Shown here piece after piece: positions 1-10,782 of a stretch of DNA of 59,156 nucleotides. Positions within the stretch are counted from its first letter, which is position 1. Each line of letters opens with the position of its first letter. Under the pieces are notes generated by a model. It was not told where the DNA came from and did no database searches. It saw only the letters and a program-made list of their open reading frames with translations. Both the position numbers and the translations under genes were made by a program. The stretch comes from Escherichia phage vB_EcoM_PD328. The stretch lies in the sequence record ON922918. One strand, 5' to 3'.

Positions 1-2
1 AC

Positions 3-1394
3 ATGCAGAAGCTCCAGGACTTACCGTTCCCAGCGCATTGGGCGCTGTCCATAGAGCAGATTGCTATTGTGCGCTTCTACTGTATTAACGACCTTGATAC
101 AACAATGGCTCTGTTTAACTCACTGGAAGAGCAAATCCATCTACGTGAGATTATGAGTGAAGAGTATAAAGTAGATCTTCGCTCTAAATCTGATGCACAA
201 ATTGCAGAAGCTGTAATCCGTCATGAGATGAAGCAAATGCTGGGCTTTGTACCACAGAAAGGGATGGTGGAAGTCGGTAGAACCTTTAGATACAATCCTC
301 CAGTGTGGTTAGGTTTCCAGACGCCACTAATGAAGTCCGTATTTCAGGTGGTGCTTGACAGTTACTTCCGAGTTGCAGAAGATGGTAAAATTAAGCAACC
401 ATCCACAATGAACTCTCTGAAGTTTACAATCAACCAGACAACTTACAACATGGGTATCGGTGGTCTGCACTCGTGCGAAGAGTTAATGGAGATTGTACCA
501 TCTGAAGACGAAGAGATGTGGGATGCTGACGTAACATCGTACTACCCAATCTGTATCATTAACCAGCAACTGTATCCTGAACACCTGGGCCCGCGCTTTA
601 TAGATATCTTCGTTAAGATCGTAGAACGACGTATTGCAGCTAAGATGGCTCATGACGATAAGACTGCACAAACTCTTAAGATCGTTATTAACGGTTCTTA
701 TGGTAAGTTTGGTTCACCGTTCTCTATTCTGTATGCACCGCATCTTATTATTCAGACCACATTGACAGGTCAGTTAGCTCTACTTATGCTCATTGAAACA
801 CTGGAGCTTAACGGTATCCAGGTTGTTAGTGCTAACACAGATGGTATCGTTATTAAACCTTGCAAAGCTAAGAAGCAATTAATGACTGATATCATTAAGT
901 GGTGGGAAGCGACAACTGGCTTTGAAATGGAACTGAATCAGTACCTGCGCCTTAATTCTGCAAACGTTAACAACTACGTCGCAATTAAGGCGGATGGTAA
1001 AGCCAAGCGTAAAGGTTGGTTCGCAGAGACAGGCCTTGCTAAGAACGCGGAAGGTGAGATCATCATGGATGCTGTGGTTAATCTTCTCCGTGACGGTACG
1101 CCAATTGCTAAAACTATCACAGAGTGTCAGGACATTCGTAAGTTTGTTTGTATCAAGACAGCTAATGGTGGAGCTGCGTGGAATAGTGAGCCATTAGGTA
1201 AGGTTGTTCGCTGGTACTATACAAAAGAAGAAGTACCTGAAATACTGATAGTCAAGAGTGGGGGTCGTGTCGGTAAGACAGCAGGGGGTAAACCAATGAT
1301 GGAACTCACTGACCAGTTACCGCCAGATCTCAACCACGAAGTATACATAGCTAAAGCGGAAAAATTGCTGGAAAAACTCGCATACGCCGCTTAA
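3..1394 (+). CDS. DNA polymerase, 3' part (gene begins at 58452 and wraps across the window join)
   Basis: Family-B-like polymerase motifs in translation: DVTSYYPICII (motif A-like), KIVINGSYGKFG (motif B-like), SANTDGIVI (motif C-like), KADGKAKRKGWF (KxY-like). In frame with the ORF that starts at 58452 once the 125-nt terminal duplication is accounted for. Confidence 0.75.
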   Translation: MQKLQDLPFPAHWALSIEQIAIVRFYCINDLDTTMALFNSLEEQIHLREIMSEEYKVDLRSKSDAQIAEAVIRHEMKQMLGFVPQKGMVEVGRTFRYNPPVWLGFQTPLMKSVFQVVLDSYFRVAEDGKIKQPSTMNSLKFTINQTTYNMGIGGLHSCEELMEIVPSEDEEMWDADVTSYYPICIINQQLYPEHLGPRFIDIFVKIVERRIAAKMAHDDKTAQTLKIVINGSYGKFGSPFSILYAPHLIIQTTLTGQLALLMLIETLELNGIQVVSANTDGIVIKPCKAKKQLMTDIIKWWEATTGFEMELNQYLRLNSANVNNYVAIKADGKAKRKGWFAETGLAKNAEGEIIMDAVVNLLRDGTPIAKTITECQDIRKFVCIKTANGGAAWNSEPLGKVVRWYYTKEEVPEILIVKSGGRVGKTAGGKPMMELTDQLPPDLNHEVYIAKAEKLLEKLAYAA

Positions 1395-1395
1395 T

Positions 1396-1432
1396 AAAAA
1401 GTGGGCCAATACATTTGTACTGGCCCACAATA
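1396..1432. terminator. bidirectional hairpin between convergent polymerase and tail-fibre-assembly genes
   Basis: GTGGGCCA...TGGCCCAC inverted repeat flanked by an A-run upstream and AATAAAAT downstream; lies between convergent stop codons. Confidence 0.5.
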
Positions 1433-1464
1433 AAATGCCCTAAAATGCCGTACGTTGCCTGCGC

Positions 1465-2043
1465 TTATTCTGGAGACTCAGGCCAGATAATATTCTGTGG
1501 ATCATTTTCATTTATGCGGTTGACAAGTACACGAAACTTTCTCCACGAATCCAACATTGAACTTTCTTCGTCAGTAGCTAGATTATAAGTTACAGCATCT
1601 TGTAAAATACTGATTTTATAATCTGCTAAATTAAGAAGATCTGTTTTGTGTTGTGTTGCATCTGCAACCGACTTAGCATGTTGTGCGTCCGGATCGTTTA
1701 CCCACATATTGCCGTTCCACTTCATGTGTTCACCATCGGGAGCGATATAAGTTACATTATCCGGAAGCGACCCAATTGTGGTTATTACTAAAGGAAGTCC
1801 AGTATCTTTATCATATACAACTTTCCCTCGGTGGTCTTCAAGTAAGATCCATACTTGACTTTCTGGTCTAAATATTGCCACGTGATTTTCTGGAGCCACT
1901 GGAGGCTCCATGTCTGTGCAACCTGCTGGAAGACCTGTGTTGGCTACTACATACGCTTCACGGGTTCCCACATATTCGCCAGTATCGCTGGAGTAGTCGT
2001 ACACGGTTACAGTCTGGTCTTCATTACTCATTTCAAAAGACAT
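1465..2043 (-). CDS. tail fibre assembly protein (Tfa-like chaperone)
   Basis: 192 aa; C-terminal region (KFRVLVNRI...IWPESP) resembles the conserved Tfa C-terminal domain; sits immediately downstream of the tail fibre gene, with ATG overlapping the fibre stop. Confidence 0.65.
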   Translation of the reverse strand: MSFEMSNEDQTVTVYDYSSDTGEYVGTREAYVVANTGLPAGCTDMEPPVAPENHVAIFRPESQVWILLEDHRGKVVYDKDTGLPLVITTIGSLPDNVTYIAPDGEHMKWNGNMWVNDPDAQHAKSVADATQHKTDLLNLADYKISILQDAVTYNLATDEESSMLDSWRKFRVLVNRINENDPQNIIWPESPE

Positions 2044-5000
2044 TAAGCAGCCCTCACAATATAGTTGAATGCAACGTTCTTGACAGTGTTTTCTGTGTTG
2101 CCAGTTGCGTTAACTGTAACACCGTGGCTGTGTGAACCTAAAGCGACTGTGTGACTATGAGCACCAATACCAACTGTATGGGTATGAGCACCAATACCAA
2201 CAGTATGTGCGTGAGCGCCTGCGCTTGCAGCAGTACCAGATATAGAGTGCGAATGTGCCCCAGAAGAAGAAGTTCCAAGCGTATTACCACCACCGGCGGA
2301 TCCTCTTATAGCACCAATACCAGGAGCGTTGTTACTTCCCGCATAAAGAGCGCTTGTGTGGCTGTGCGCACCGGCGGTGTTTGTGGAACCGCTCAAACTA
2401 TGCGTATGCGCACCAGTATTATTACTCGTTTTAGTACCGTAATCGAAACTACTTGTCCCTTTAGTACCGTAATCAAAGCTAGAAGTCGTTTTACTTCCAA
2501 GATCGACAGATGCAGTAGACGCAGTGTGGGTATGCGATTTCACACCATCCGCTTCTGTAGAAAGTACGTCACGACCGCTTGCAGGCTTACCTTTGATAGT
2601 TTGACCACGCATGTCTGGCAGTACGCCCGACGGGTATGCAGCAGCCAATTGAGGGTATGCAGCTTTGTCGAATTCCTGCCCTTGCATCACGATGTATCCG
2701 GACGGAGGTGTATCCGTAGGCCACGGTAATGGGACACCTACAGGTAAACTTTCAGCTACAGGAGGTGGGTTCTTTTTAGTGTAAATTTGATCCCAGCCTT
2801 CTTCGAAACCGTGACCATCACGCGATGTACGATACCAAAGACCGCCATTCCTATACGTAGCTCTTATCTGCAAAGAAGGTGTTGAGGAGACAGCATTTTG
2901 ATAGTAATGCACTACAAGGTCCGAGCTGCCCTTTCTCGCATGCTTATAGACACCAGATATAGCGTTCCATGGAACACTGTTATTGTCTATATCACCTCCT
3001 ACAGTAATAATACCTGTTTGTCCTAACGCAAACGCATTCACGTTTCTAGGTGGAATCGATATATCTCCACTACCATCAAAAAGCACATTAGCAATCCTAC
3101 GTGCTGTCTGTAGTTTGGTGGCAGTTGCAGCGTTACCAGTTGTGTTCTGATTACCCTGAATGTTGACGCCTGGAAGATTGACGTCAGCAGTACCGTCGAA
3201 TGAGGCGCCACCAATTTTACGCGCAGTTTGTAGCTTCGTAGCACTGGACGCGTTACCATTCACACCTTGACCGGCGTTCAATTTAGTGCCAATAGTGAAC
3301 TCACCAGTAGCGTTATCAATCATAAATGGTCTTAGATTGTTCCAACCACCGTATTGATCGCCTTTAGCAGTGAATAAAAGATATGTCTTGGTGCCGTCAT
3401 TGCGCCATAATGCACCGTAGTCCCCACCAATCATACGGACCTGATTTCCACCGCGAGCTACAATTTCATCATTAGCGTAGATTTTACGACCACTAATATC
3501 TACATCCGTGATGAGTGCGTGCGAACTATAAAACCCTTTACCATTCGAGAAATCAAGTATAGTATCGGCCTCAATACATTCTGTTTTAGGGTTTGTGGCG
3601 CCCCATTTGTAAGTTGATTGCCCGATAACATAATCGGCAGATGGTACAACAACAGATAAGCCTTCTTCTACATATACAGCAATAGGAAACGCTTCACCTT
3701 CAACATAGAACACAGAACACAGATCATCCGCTTTGTTACCCATCATGATAGAATGAATAGCACGCTCATTTGCGCTATATGCGTGAAACATCCCATAAGC
3801 ATATTTTCCTCTGTCAGTCCAACCACCGGGCATGACAAATCCGTTGAACTCGCAGTTGTTTAGTCTATGGTCTCCTGTTCTTGAACGTGTACTTATCGTC
3901 ACCCTAGATGCTAATTCATCAACGAATCCAGCAGAACGACGAATGACCACAGGATAAAACTTACCTGCTTCAACTCCTGCGGGAGCATTCACTGTCGAAA
4001 ACTTCATTCCCCGTTTAGCGGCCATATCAGTCTTGCTGGCAGCATTAATGTTACTTAGAAAGCGACCCTTGTCCGGTATATCTGCACCGTTCTGATTCTT
4101 CTGCAATGCACCGAGAGCTAAGTTAACAGTCTCGCGTAAACCAACGTTATCAATGAACAGTTGCTTATTAGGAATGTCAGCACCGTTCTGGTCTTTGGCC
4201 AACTTACTGTTAATAAGTGTGGTTATAGTCGTTGCAAAGTTTGGATCATCACCAAGAGCGTCAGCTAACTCTTTCAGAGTGTTTAACGCATCTGGTGCAT
4301 CACCAATCAGTGCGCTTATAATTTGGTGCACAAACTGAGTTGTGGCAATCTGATTGTTATTAACTTCAGGTGCTGGAGTTGGTGCCGTTGGTACACCAGT
4401 TAGAACAGGACTACTTAACGGAGCTTTAGTATTAGCAACGTCCATGACTGCTTTAACAGCTTTCGGTGTAGCTGCCAGGTTCTCGGCGGTGCTGTTAGTA
4501 TCATTGCTAAGACGAACGATACCTTTAGTAGTCAAGGACGCATCTTCAAGACCAATTGCATCAGCAATCTCTTCCGCACGTTCAGCAGCAGCTTCTGAAC
4601 GCAAGGCGGCAGACTCAGATCTTCCAGCTGATGTACCAGCATTAGTTTCTGACGCTTTAGCGTTGGTTTCGCTCGCTTTAGCTGCGGTAGCACTAGCGGC
4701 AGACTCACCGGCTTTGTTAGTCGCAGTCTGAGCGGAAGCTGCCGCATTAGTTTCAGACGTAGACGCTGAAGCTGCCTTCTGTGTTGCAACCGTCTCACTT
4801 GCCTTAGCTGCATTAGCTGCGGTCTGCGATTTACCAGCAGAAGTAGCGGACTCAACTGCACTTGCTTCGGATGCGGCCTTTGCTGCCTCAGCAGCTACTT
4901 TCGCCTGATTAGCAGTGGTTGCACTTGCAGACGCTTCTTTTGCTTTAGTATCAGCCAAAGTCGCATTATTAGCAGATGCAGTTTCTGATACTTTAGCATT

Positions 5001-5660
5001 GTTAGCCGCAGTAGTTGCGGCATTTTTGAGAGCTGTTACTTCAGCGACGCCCTCTTCTTTAATATGCTGCGTGTCGGTTTTTAATTGCTGGACTTCAGCC
5101 TTGAGTCCTTGCACAGCAGTAAGAGCTTGTTGAGCTGATGTAGCAGAACCAGCCGCAGCGTTCTTGGATTGCAATGCGGAAGACGCACTAGCAGCAGATT
5201 CCTGTTTTGACAGCAGAGCTGACGCTGCGTCCGTTGCAGCAGAGTTTTTACTTGTCTCCGCATTAAGCTCACTCTTCTTAGCATTAGCAGCTGATTCAGA
5301 CGCTTGCAATGCAAATTGCTCAGAGTTAGCCACCAGTTGCTTTATCTCCTGAAGTATTTCAGGTGTGGTTTCTTCTGGAGCCCATTTAGTAAGATATGCG
5401 TTAAGTGAACCGTTCTGGCTATCCGCATAGATTACAATGTCACCCGCTTTATATGGTTCCTTACCTTCTGGCCCAATGATAACCACATAATGCCCGGTGT
5501 TCACTGTGACGTCGTAAGCACCTTGCGAATCGGTCTTAAATACCGCTTTACTTCCACCTAGGACTACAATAGTATTGCTTCGTGCAAGTAAGAAGACGTT
5601 TGCATTGACGATTGGTTTGTTCAATCCATCAACTAAAATACCATGTAAACGAATTGCCAT
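2043..5660 (-). CDS. tail fibre protein (long, L-shaped/side fibre type)
   Basis: 1205 aa; long Ala/Ser/Thr-rich coiled-coil shaft; internal repeats of the [11 protein letters not shown] type; Gly-rich C-terminus with multiple HxH repeats (GAHTHT, GAHSHT, GSHSHG). Confidence 0.8.
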   Translation of the reverse strand: MAIRLHGILVDGLNKPIVNANVFLLARSNTIVVLGGSKAVFKTDSQGAYDVTVNTGHYVVIIGPEGKEPYKAGDIVIYADSQNGSLNAYLTKWAPEETTPEILQEIKQLVANSEQFALQASESAANAKKSELNAETSKNSAATDAASALLSKQESAASASSALQSKNAAAGSATSAQQALTAVQGLKAEVQQLKTDTQHIKEEGVAEVTALKNAATTAANNAKVSETASANNATLADTKAKEASASATTANQAKVAAEAAKAASEASAVESATSAGKSQTAANAAKASETVATQKAASASTSETNAAASAQTATNKAGESAASATAAKASETNAKASETNAGTSAGRSESAALRSEAAAERAEEIADAIGLEDASLTTKGIVRLSNDTNSTAENLAATPKAVKAVMDVANTKAPLSSPVLTGVPTAPTPAPEVNNNQIATTQFVHQIISALIGDAPDALNTLKELADALGDDPNFATTITTLINSKLAKDQNGADIPNKQLFIDNVGLRETVNLALGALQKNQNGADIPDKGRFLSNINAASKTDMAAKRGMKFSTVNAPAGVEAGKFYPVVIRRSAGFVDELASRVTISTRSRTGDHRLNNCEFNGFVMPGGWTDRGKYAYGMFHAYSANERAIHSIMMGNKADDLCSVFYVEGEAFPIAVYVEEGLSVVVPSADYVIGQSTYKWGATNPKTECIEADTILDFSNGKGFYSSHALITDVDISGRKIYANDEIVARGGNQVRMIGGDYGALWRNDGTKTYLLFTAKGDQYGGWNNLRPFMIDNATGEFTIGTKLNAGQGVNGNASSATKLQTARKIGGASFDGTADVNLPGVNIQGNQNTTGNAATATKLQTARRIANVLFDGSGDISIPPRNVNAFALGQTGIITVGGDIDNNSVPWNAISGVYKHARKGSSDLVVHYYQNAVSSTPSLQIRATYRNGGLWYRTSRDGHGFEEGWDQIYTKKNPPPVAESLPVGVPLPWPTDTPPSGYIVMQGQEFDKAAYPQLAAAYPSGVLPDMRGQTIKGKPASGRDVLSTEADGVKSHTHTASTASVDLGSKTTSSFDYGTKGTSSFDYGTKTSNNTGAHTHSLSGSTNTAGAHSHTSALYAGSNNAPGIGAIRGSAGGGNTLGTSSSGAHSHSISGTAASAGAHAHTVGIGAHTHTVGIGAHSHTVALGSHSHGVTVNATGNTENTVKNVAFNYIVRAA

Positions 5661-5746
5661 GAGTTGTGCCCTTATATAAGATCGGGGTTTACATCTTAAA
5701 TTATATCCCTATATAGTTGTTACACACAAACATAAAGGAGTTTGAA

Positions 5747-6025
5747 ATGAAGACTTTAATCTGCGCCATTATCCTTTCTATGACTGCTACGTTTGCTTAT
5801 GCGTCTGGCTCTTCCGGTGGTACTGGTGGTCCAGGTAATGGTGGAGCTGGTGGTTCATCATTAGGTGGGCATACTGGTGGAGTAAGCAACATTGAGCACC
5901 AGACTGTCATCTACGAAGGTACTACAGCCGGTAAAGCTAAAGCTGAATGGATGAAAGGTAAAAAAGTTAAACCGGATTGCTCACCAGCTATGAACCGCGT
6001 TGGTTGGTCCGAAGGTTGTAAATAA
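5747..6025 (+). CDS. small secreted protein of unknown function (candidate receptor-masking or superinfection-exclusion factor)
   Basis: 92 aa from the internal ATG (residue 11 of the track ORF); AAGGAG RBS upstream; N-terminal signal peptide MKTLICAIILSMTATFAYA; Gly-rich mature part with two C-terminal Cys; opposite strand to the flanking tail genes. Confidence 0.5.
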   Translation: MKTLICAIILSMTATFAYASGSSGGTGGPGNGGAGGSSLGGHTGGVSNIEHQTVIYEGTTAGKAKAEWMKGKKVKPDCSPAMNRVGWSEGCK

Positions 6026-6030
6026 TAAAT

Positions 6031-6055
6031 AAGGGCCTTTCGGCCCTTATTTTAT
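6031..6055. terminator. bidirectional rho-independent terminator
   Basis: AAGGGCC-TTTC-GGCCCTT hairpin followed by a T-run; between convergent stops at 6025 (+) and 6052 (-). Confidence 0.7.
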
Positions 6056-9000
6056 GAGTAAGTAAAGGATCCTGAACCTCTTGTTACAATCATTGTTGGA
6101 CTTTTTAACCATCTTTTAGTAGCTCCCTGCTTAAATACGATTTTTGCAGTTACAGTTGACGCAGTAACACCTCTAAAAGTAGCCATAACTGTACCAGACG
6201 TGGCCAACATACCACCTTCTGGATCACGAACAGATGTGCCTGCGGCTGCGCTTTTTGTAACACCATTCACGATGATCTCTACCCCTAGTAACGCCCCTGG
6301 ATAGTTAGGGACACCAGAAAGGTTAGCCATGACTGTAATGGTCTTAGTTGTATTAGCTGTATCCTTATACGTGATTGTACGCGACATGTCATATGTACTA
6401 CCTTCGCCGTATAAATCGTCAGCAACACCCATGTTGCATACATCACCAATGAAACTAGTAGCTTCTACAGTCCCTTTGAACTTACCGCTTGTTGCTTGTA
6501 TCTCACCAGTGAATCTACCGCCATTAGCGTATACTATACCTCTGACAGTTACGTTGTTTAATTCAGCATCCCCAGCTTTATTTAACTTCCAACCAGCAGA
6601 ACCAGCTACATAGTTGTTAGATTGAATATAGTTACCGATCTTAGCATTATCAATAGAGCCGTTCTCAATGAACGTCGCCTTCATAAACACTTGACCGTTC
6701 TTAACTGCAAATGCTAAATCCGCTGTGCTGTTAGTTGGGTTATAGATAGCAAAGTTATTAGCGTTCACCATAAAGTAGGATTGGATAGCTCCACCGGAAC
6801 CTTCCATACCCAACTGAATACCAGCAACGTATTTCTGACCTTTACTATCTACCTGGATCTTAGCGCCCCACTGAGCGTTAACGTTACCTTCAAGGTCTAC
6901 AACAGACTTACTGACTTCCTGTACGGTAGCTTTGACCACATCAATCTGTTGGCCGTTTGTCTCGATCAACTTACCTTGAGCATCTATTAACTGCCCCTGT
7001 TCATTGATTGTGACGCCTTGTTGCTGCACTTTACCGTCAACAAGGACTACGGATTGTTGTACTGTGTCAATCGTCTGAGTTAAGCGGCCCTCGGACGTCT
7101 CGATTTGGTTGTCCACATAACTCTTGACACCATCGCTAACGTTTCCAATCTCAGCCATAAGTTCTCTATAGGTGTTAGTACCTTTGAACTCTGTGTCAAT
7201 TTGTGGAATAAGGCCAGCAGCGTCAGTAAAGCATCTTGCAGCCACCTCTACAAAAGAAGACGAACCGAAGGCGTTAATCGCTCGCACGTACCAGTAATAA
7301 GTGTGGTCATTGAGCAGTCCTTCTGAAGTCCACGTTGTACCCATACCGGCACGGGTAGCCTGTTTCTCTACCACATCTACAGCGGCAGATGGTAATCTTG
7401 TTTCACCGGACGTCCAGAAATCATATTGTGTACTAACGTTCGCTAAATCTGCAGATTTTGGTTTCAGTGTTACTGCAAAGTAACCTTGCGTTACTTCAAC
7501 AGATGTAGGAGCAGAAGGTGCCTGAATGTTAAATTCAAGATATGCTTCTGGGCTGGTTGCACCAGTATATGCTACAGCTTTCACATGTGCTGTATAAGCA
7601 CCGCGAATAAGCCCCGTAATTCGCGTGCTCTGGCCCGGTACTTGCACCGTCAATACGGTAACACCATCTTTCTTAATTATTACGTTGTTGTACGCTACAG
7701 CCATTATATTTTGCCACGACAGTACACCCTGTACCACGTCGCTAATCTGTAGGACCTCATATTGTAGGTTCTGAGGTTGCATAGCGCCACCAGTAGGTAG
7801 ATCCACTAAATCCGGTCGGTCTACAGGTTTACCAATCGCATCGTCCCACAAGTCCGGGAAGTCTTGACGCACAGTTACAGTGACACCGCCTTTCGGGTCA
7901 AACTGCCACTTAATGACTCGCATCTCTACCTTGTTCATTCCAATATTAGGAATGTCAACGTAAACGTACATACCTGGACGGAAACGATACCCGCGCATGT
8001 TGCACGGTATTTCAATAGAACGTCCAATGCGTTTGCGTTTCAATGTCAAGTTAGACAGACGTTGTGCCTGGTATGGGCTTGTCACAAAACGATAGTCCAC
8101 GTCTTGTGTAATTTCCTGTCCATCTTGTTTTATCCATTCCGCAACACTTACAGGAGGAAAGTCTGCTTCCTGATAGTTTTGTAGAGGATCAATGTAAGTA
8201 CCTGTGATTGTATTGGTGCGTTCTTTAAAAGCCGTTTCAGGTGTAATTTTAATGTCGCCAGCAATACAACTCGTGTCAAGTGTTAGTTCAGGAGGACCAT
8301 AATATGCACCGACAAGAATACCATGTTTACCGCCAATATAAGTTAACTCTCCGCCACAAGCGTCGAGCATATCCTCCAGAATCTTAGATGGAGCTTCGTC
8401 AATATCAAACTCACCATTTATGGTGTAACGAGGTTCGAATGTATTGTCTGCGTTCCTTACACTTTCATCACAGATATTAGCAGCTTCTTTGAACTGGTCC
8501 CAAAGAATTGCATCATCAGAACGCTTTAAGTATACTCGCAAATAATCTAGAATGACTAGAGCTGCGTTATTGCTAAATACCATCTTACCAGTTCTAGGAT
8601 CTAATACTTTACGACCTTTCTTAAGGCATTTAACGTTAGGTAGACCGGACGGGAATTTTTCAGAATCGAAAACAAGGTTTAATTGCATCCAGCAAATACC
8701 TTTACCAATCATGTCGCTCTTCCATGATGGGCAACGATTCAACATGTCCTGACTAACTTTAGTAGGATTGTTATGTATTACATATGACGCTTTATCACCA
8801 AAACTTTCGATAGCGTCATCACCTAACCACACTTGTCCTACAGCCGTTAGTTCGTGGCCTGCCAATGCAAGAACCAACGTCAGCTTTTCATGGTTCTCAC
8901 CGTGTTTGTCTGGTTCCTGTACTCCCGGTTCCTCTTCCGCAAATACAAGTACACCACTAGATACAGTTGACCCATAAACTACTGTCCTGGATGCAGCAGC

Positions 9001-9195
9001 AGCACGAATAACCTGCTTGCGCTCACTCTGAGATGTATAGGAGTCAAAGTTATAGCTCTGAGTCTTTGTAAGTAGACTACCAGCAGCACTGGCAGCAATC
9101 CCTATCACAAGAGCTACAGTGGCTGGGATTACACCGACAGCGGCACCGACAGCGGCACCGATAGCAACTACGGCTCCGATTATTGCTGGTGGCAT
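6052..9195 (-). CDS. tail tip / host-specificity protein (lambda J-like central fibre)
   Basis: 1047 aa; position after the minor tail proteins; fibronectin-III-like segment (YYWYVRAINAFGSSSF); hydrophobic Gly/Ala-rich N-terminus. Confidence 0.65.
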   Translation of the reverse strand: MPPAIIGAVVAIGAAVGAAVGVIPATVALVIGIAASAAGSLLTKTQSYNFDSYTSQSERKQVIRAAAASRTVVYGSTVSSGVLVFAEEEPGVQEPDKHGENHEKLTLVLALAGHELTAVGQVWLGDDAIESFGDKASYVIHNNPTKVSQDMLNRCPSWKSDMIGKGICWMQLNLVFDSEKFPSGLPNVKCLKKGRKVLDPRTGKMVFSNNAALVILDYLRVYLKRSDDAILWDQFKEAANICDESVRNADNTFEPRYTINGEFDIDEAPSKILEDMLDACGGELTYIGGKHGILVGAYYGPPELTLDTSCIAGDIKITPETAFKERTNTITGTYIDPLQNYQEADFPPVSVAEWIKQDGQEITQDVDYRFVTSPYQAQRLSNLTLKRKRIGRSIEIPCNMRGYRFRPGMYVYVDIPNIGMNKVEMRVIKWQFDPKGGVTVTVRQDFPDLWDDAIGKPVDRPDLVDLPTGGAMQPQNLQYEVLQISDVVQGVLSWQNIMAVAYNNVIIKKDGVTVLTVQVPGQSTRITGLIRGAYTAHVKAVAYTGATSPEAYLEFNIQAPSAPTSVEVTQGYFAVTLKPKSADLANVSTQYDFWTSGETRLPSAAVDVVEKQATRAGMGTTWTSEGLLNDHTYYWYVRAINAFGSSSFVEVAARCFTDAAGLIPQIDTEFKGTNTYRELMAEIGNVSDGVKSYVDNQIETSEGRLTQTIDTVQQSVVLVDGKVQQQGVTINEQGQLIDAQGKLIETNGQQIDVVKATVQEVSKSVVDLEGNVNAQWGAKIQVDSKGQKYVAGIQLGMEGSGGAIQSYFMVNANNFAIYNPTNSTADLAFAVKNGQVFMKATFIENGSIDNAKIGNYIQSNNYVAGSAGWKLNKAGDAELNNVTVRGIVYANGGRFTGEIQATSGKFKGTVEATSFIGDVCNMGVADDLYGEGSTYDMSRTITYKDTANTTKTITVMANLSGVPNYPGALLGVEIIVNGVTKSAAAGTSVRDPEGGMLATSGTVMATFRGVTASTVTAKIVFKQGATKRWLKSPTMIVTRGSGSFTYS

Positions 9196-9630
9196 TTACA
9201 CCCTCCACGCGTCTGTAATTTCGACGTCCGTTAGTTTAAAGGTAACAACACCATTCGGACCCATTGCCCAAATGCAACCAGTCCACAGTACCCCAGCAGT
9301 TAAGCCAAGATCACCGTTAAATGTCACTACGTCACCGCGTTGAGCAAACTTTTTGTCTACACGAACTGGTAAGAATGAGTCCAGAACCATTGCAAGAGAT
9401 GTGTCTTTAACTCGTTTCAGCATAAAGCGTTTGCAGCTAATCTCCGAGTCATATTGACCAATAACTTCATCTGCAATCTTTGTACCATATTGAGCATCAA
9501 TACACTTAGCCGCAAAGATGCAGCAATCGTTTTGGCCCCATTGGAAAGGTACTTCTTTGAGGGAGTTAACTGTGGTCAGCAATCTCATCTGCCAACCTGG
9601 AGTCTTACTCGTAACTGAATCCTGGTGCAT
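9196..9630 (-). CDS. tail assembly protein with NlpC/P60-like motif (lambda K-like); start uncertain
   Basis: WGQNDCCIFAAKCIDAQYG motif; track ORF extends to 9846 but overlaps the upstream gene by 240 nt, so the internal ATG at 9630 (residue 73) was chosen; ATGs at 9678 and 9723 are alternatives. Confidence 0.4.
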   Translation of the reverse strand: MHQDSVTSKTPGWQMRLLTTVNSLKEVPFQWGQNDCCIFAAKCIDAQYGTKIADEVIGQYDSEISCKRFMLKRVKDTSLAMVLDSFLPVRVDKKFAQRGDVVTFNGDLGLTAGVLWTGCIWAMGPNGVVTFKLTDVEITDAWRV

Positions 9631-10189
9631 CTTTTTTACTTCCCCAATAGATTGAACGCTCCGCCATTTGTGCAACATATCTAAAGAAGCGATCTCCTGG
9701 ATGTAATCGTTGTTGGCTTTCATCCGTGTAACGATCCGGTATACCGGAAGACCACTTTTCAAATATATTTGACACCGTATATGTGATAGCGTTTGTTGTG
9801 CCCGCTTGCATTGCAGTATCACTAATAAAACCTTCAAAAAGGACATTGGCGTTAGTCACCTGCCCTCTTTCATCCATAGTAGCGATATAACATTTCACAT
9901 CGCGTCCTACGCAGTTTTCATTGAGTGTCTGCCCAACAAGTGTCATATCAAGTCCACTTAATGTAAGAGACATTGTACTTGCACTGGTAGTGTTCTCTTC
10001 TGTGACACCACCTACATCACCAAGATTACCAACACCAACGAATGTCTGTCCATCAATAGATAATACACCAGTACCGGAGTGGACTCTTGTTGTTCCTGAA
10101 TCAAAATGAATTGCAACTGCAATTATCATCGTGACACTAGGTTGTTCCATGGAGTCCAATAAAGAGTCACTAAACGGACTAAATATCAT
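9605..10189 (-). CDS. minor tail protein
   Basis: 194 aa ORF between tape measure and tip genes in a tightly packed tail module; no specific motif recognised. Confidence 0.45.
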   Translation of the reverse strand: MIFSPFSDSLLDSMEQPSVTMIIAVAIHFDSGTTRVHSGTGVLSIDGQTFVGVGNLGDVGGVTEENTTSASTMSLTLSGLDMTLVGQTLNENCVGRDVKCYIATMDERGQVTNANVLFEGFISDTAMQAGTTNAITYTVSNIFEKWSSGIPDRYTDESQQRLHPGDRFFRYVAQMAERSIYWGSKKDAPGFSYE

Positions 10190-10780
10190 TTAAAAAGTCT
10201 CCTCAAACTCTAACGTGAACGAGTTATTGAATGCAGGTTGTCGGGATACACCATTTGTGTTATCGGATAAGCGAAACAACCCAAACGGGTTTTCAGTCTC
10301 TATCTTAGCTCCGTCAGGTGGAACATTTCTTAACATCGGTGCGAAGTATACCGTAGCAAGACCACTCGCATCACTCCATACATCTTCGGTAACAAGTTTG
10401 AGTTCATTGTTGACAGTAATATAATCACCTTCTTGCAAAACAAGACGTTTAGCGAGCCAACCTCTTGACTGTATCTGTGTTCCGGTATTACTTGCACCTT
10501 TGACCACAGGTGTCCCGATTGCCGGGCGTCCCCATCTACCGAAGTCGTGCAACTTAATCATGCCAACCATACCATCCAACTTAGCGATAAGGACTTCTAA
10601 CTTTCGGGATTCCCAATCGTCCAAGTTATTGAATTTAAGACTCGCCTTCCAACGCGATCCTGGATATCCTACAACCTGTGAAGCCCCGTTGAAGGGACTT
10701 GTAAATTTTACAGAGTTAGATACGAGATCCCAGTCCATCGTAGAAGGTCTTAAGGCTTCAGGCCAGGTTAATATCGCCAT
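10190..10780 (-). CDS. minor tail protein
   Basis: 196 aa ORF immediately downstream of the tape measure gene; position-based call. Confidence 0.45.
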   Translation of the reverse strand: MAILTWPEALRPSTMDWDLVSNSVKFTSPFNGASQVVGYPGSRWKASLKFNNLDDWESRKLEVLIAKLDGMVGMIKLHDFGRWGRPAIGTPVVKGASNTGTQIQSRGWLAKRLVLQEGDYITVNNELKLVTEDVWSDASGLATVYFAPMLRNVPPDGAKIETENPFGLFRLSDNTNGVSRQPAFNNSFTLEFEETF

Positions 10781-10782
10781 CT

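Noticed and set aside
483-1197. Small ORFs inside the polymerase gene (483-671 minus strand, 994-1197 plus strand)
   Set aside because: Embedded in a well-supported longer ORF; no independent signals.
2151-5352. Multiple plus-strand ORFs (for example 2151-2729, 4354-4731, 4915-5133, 5164-5352) overlapping the tail fibre gene
   Set aside because: Low-complexity Ala/Ser/Arg-rich translations produced by the repetitive fibre coding sequence on the opposite strand; no RBS; shadow ORFs.
9196-9846. Full-length track ORF for the K-like tail assembly protein (216 aa)
   Set aside because: Would overlap the upstream minor tail gene by 240 nt in another frame; an internal start (9630, with 9678 or 9723 as alternatives) is more plausible, though not certain.
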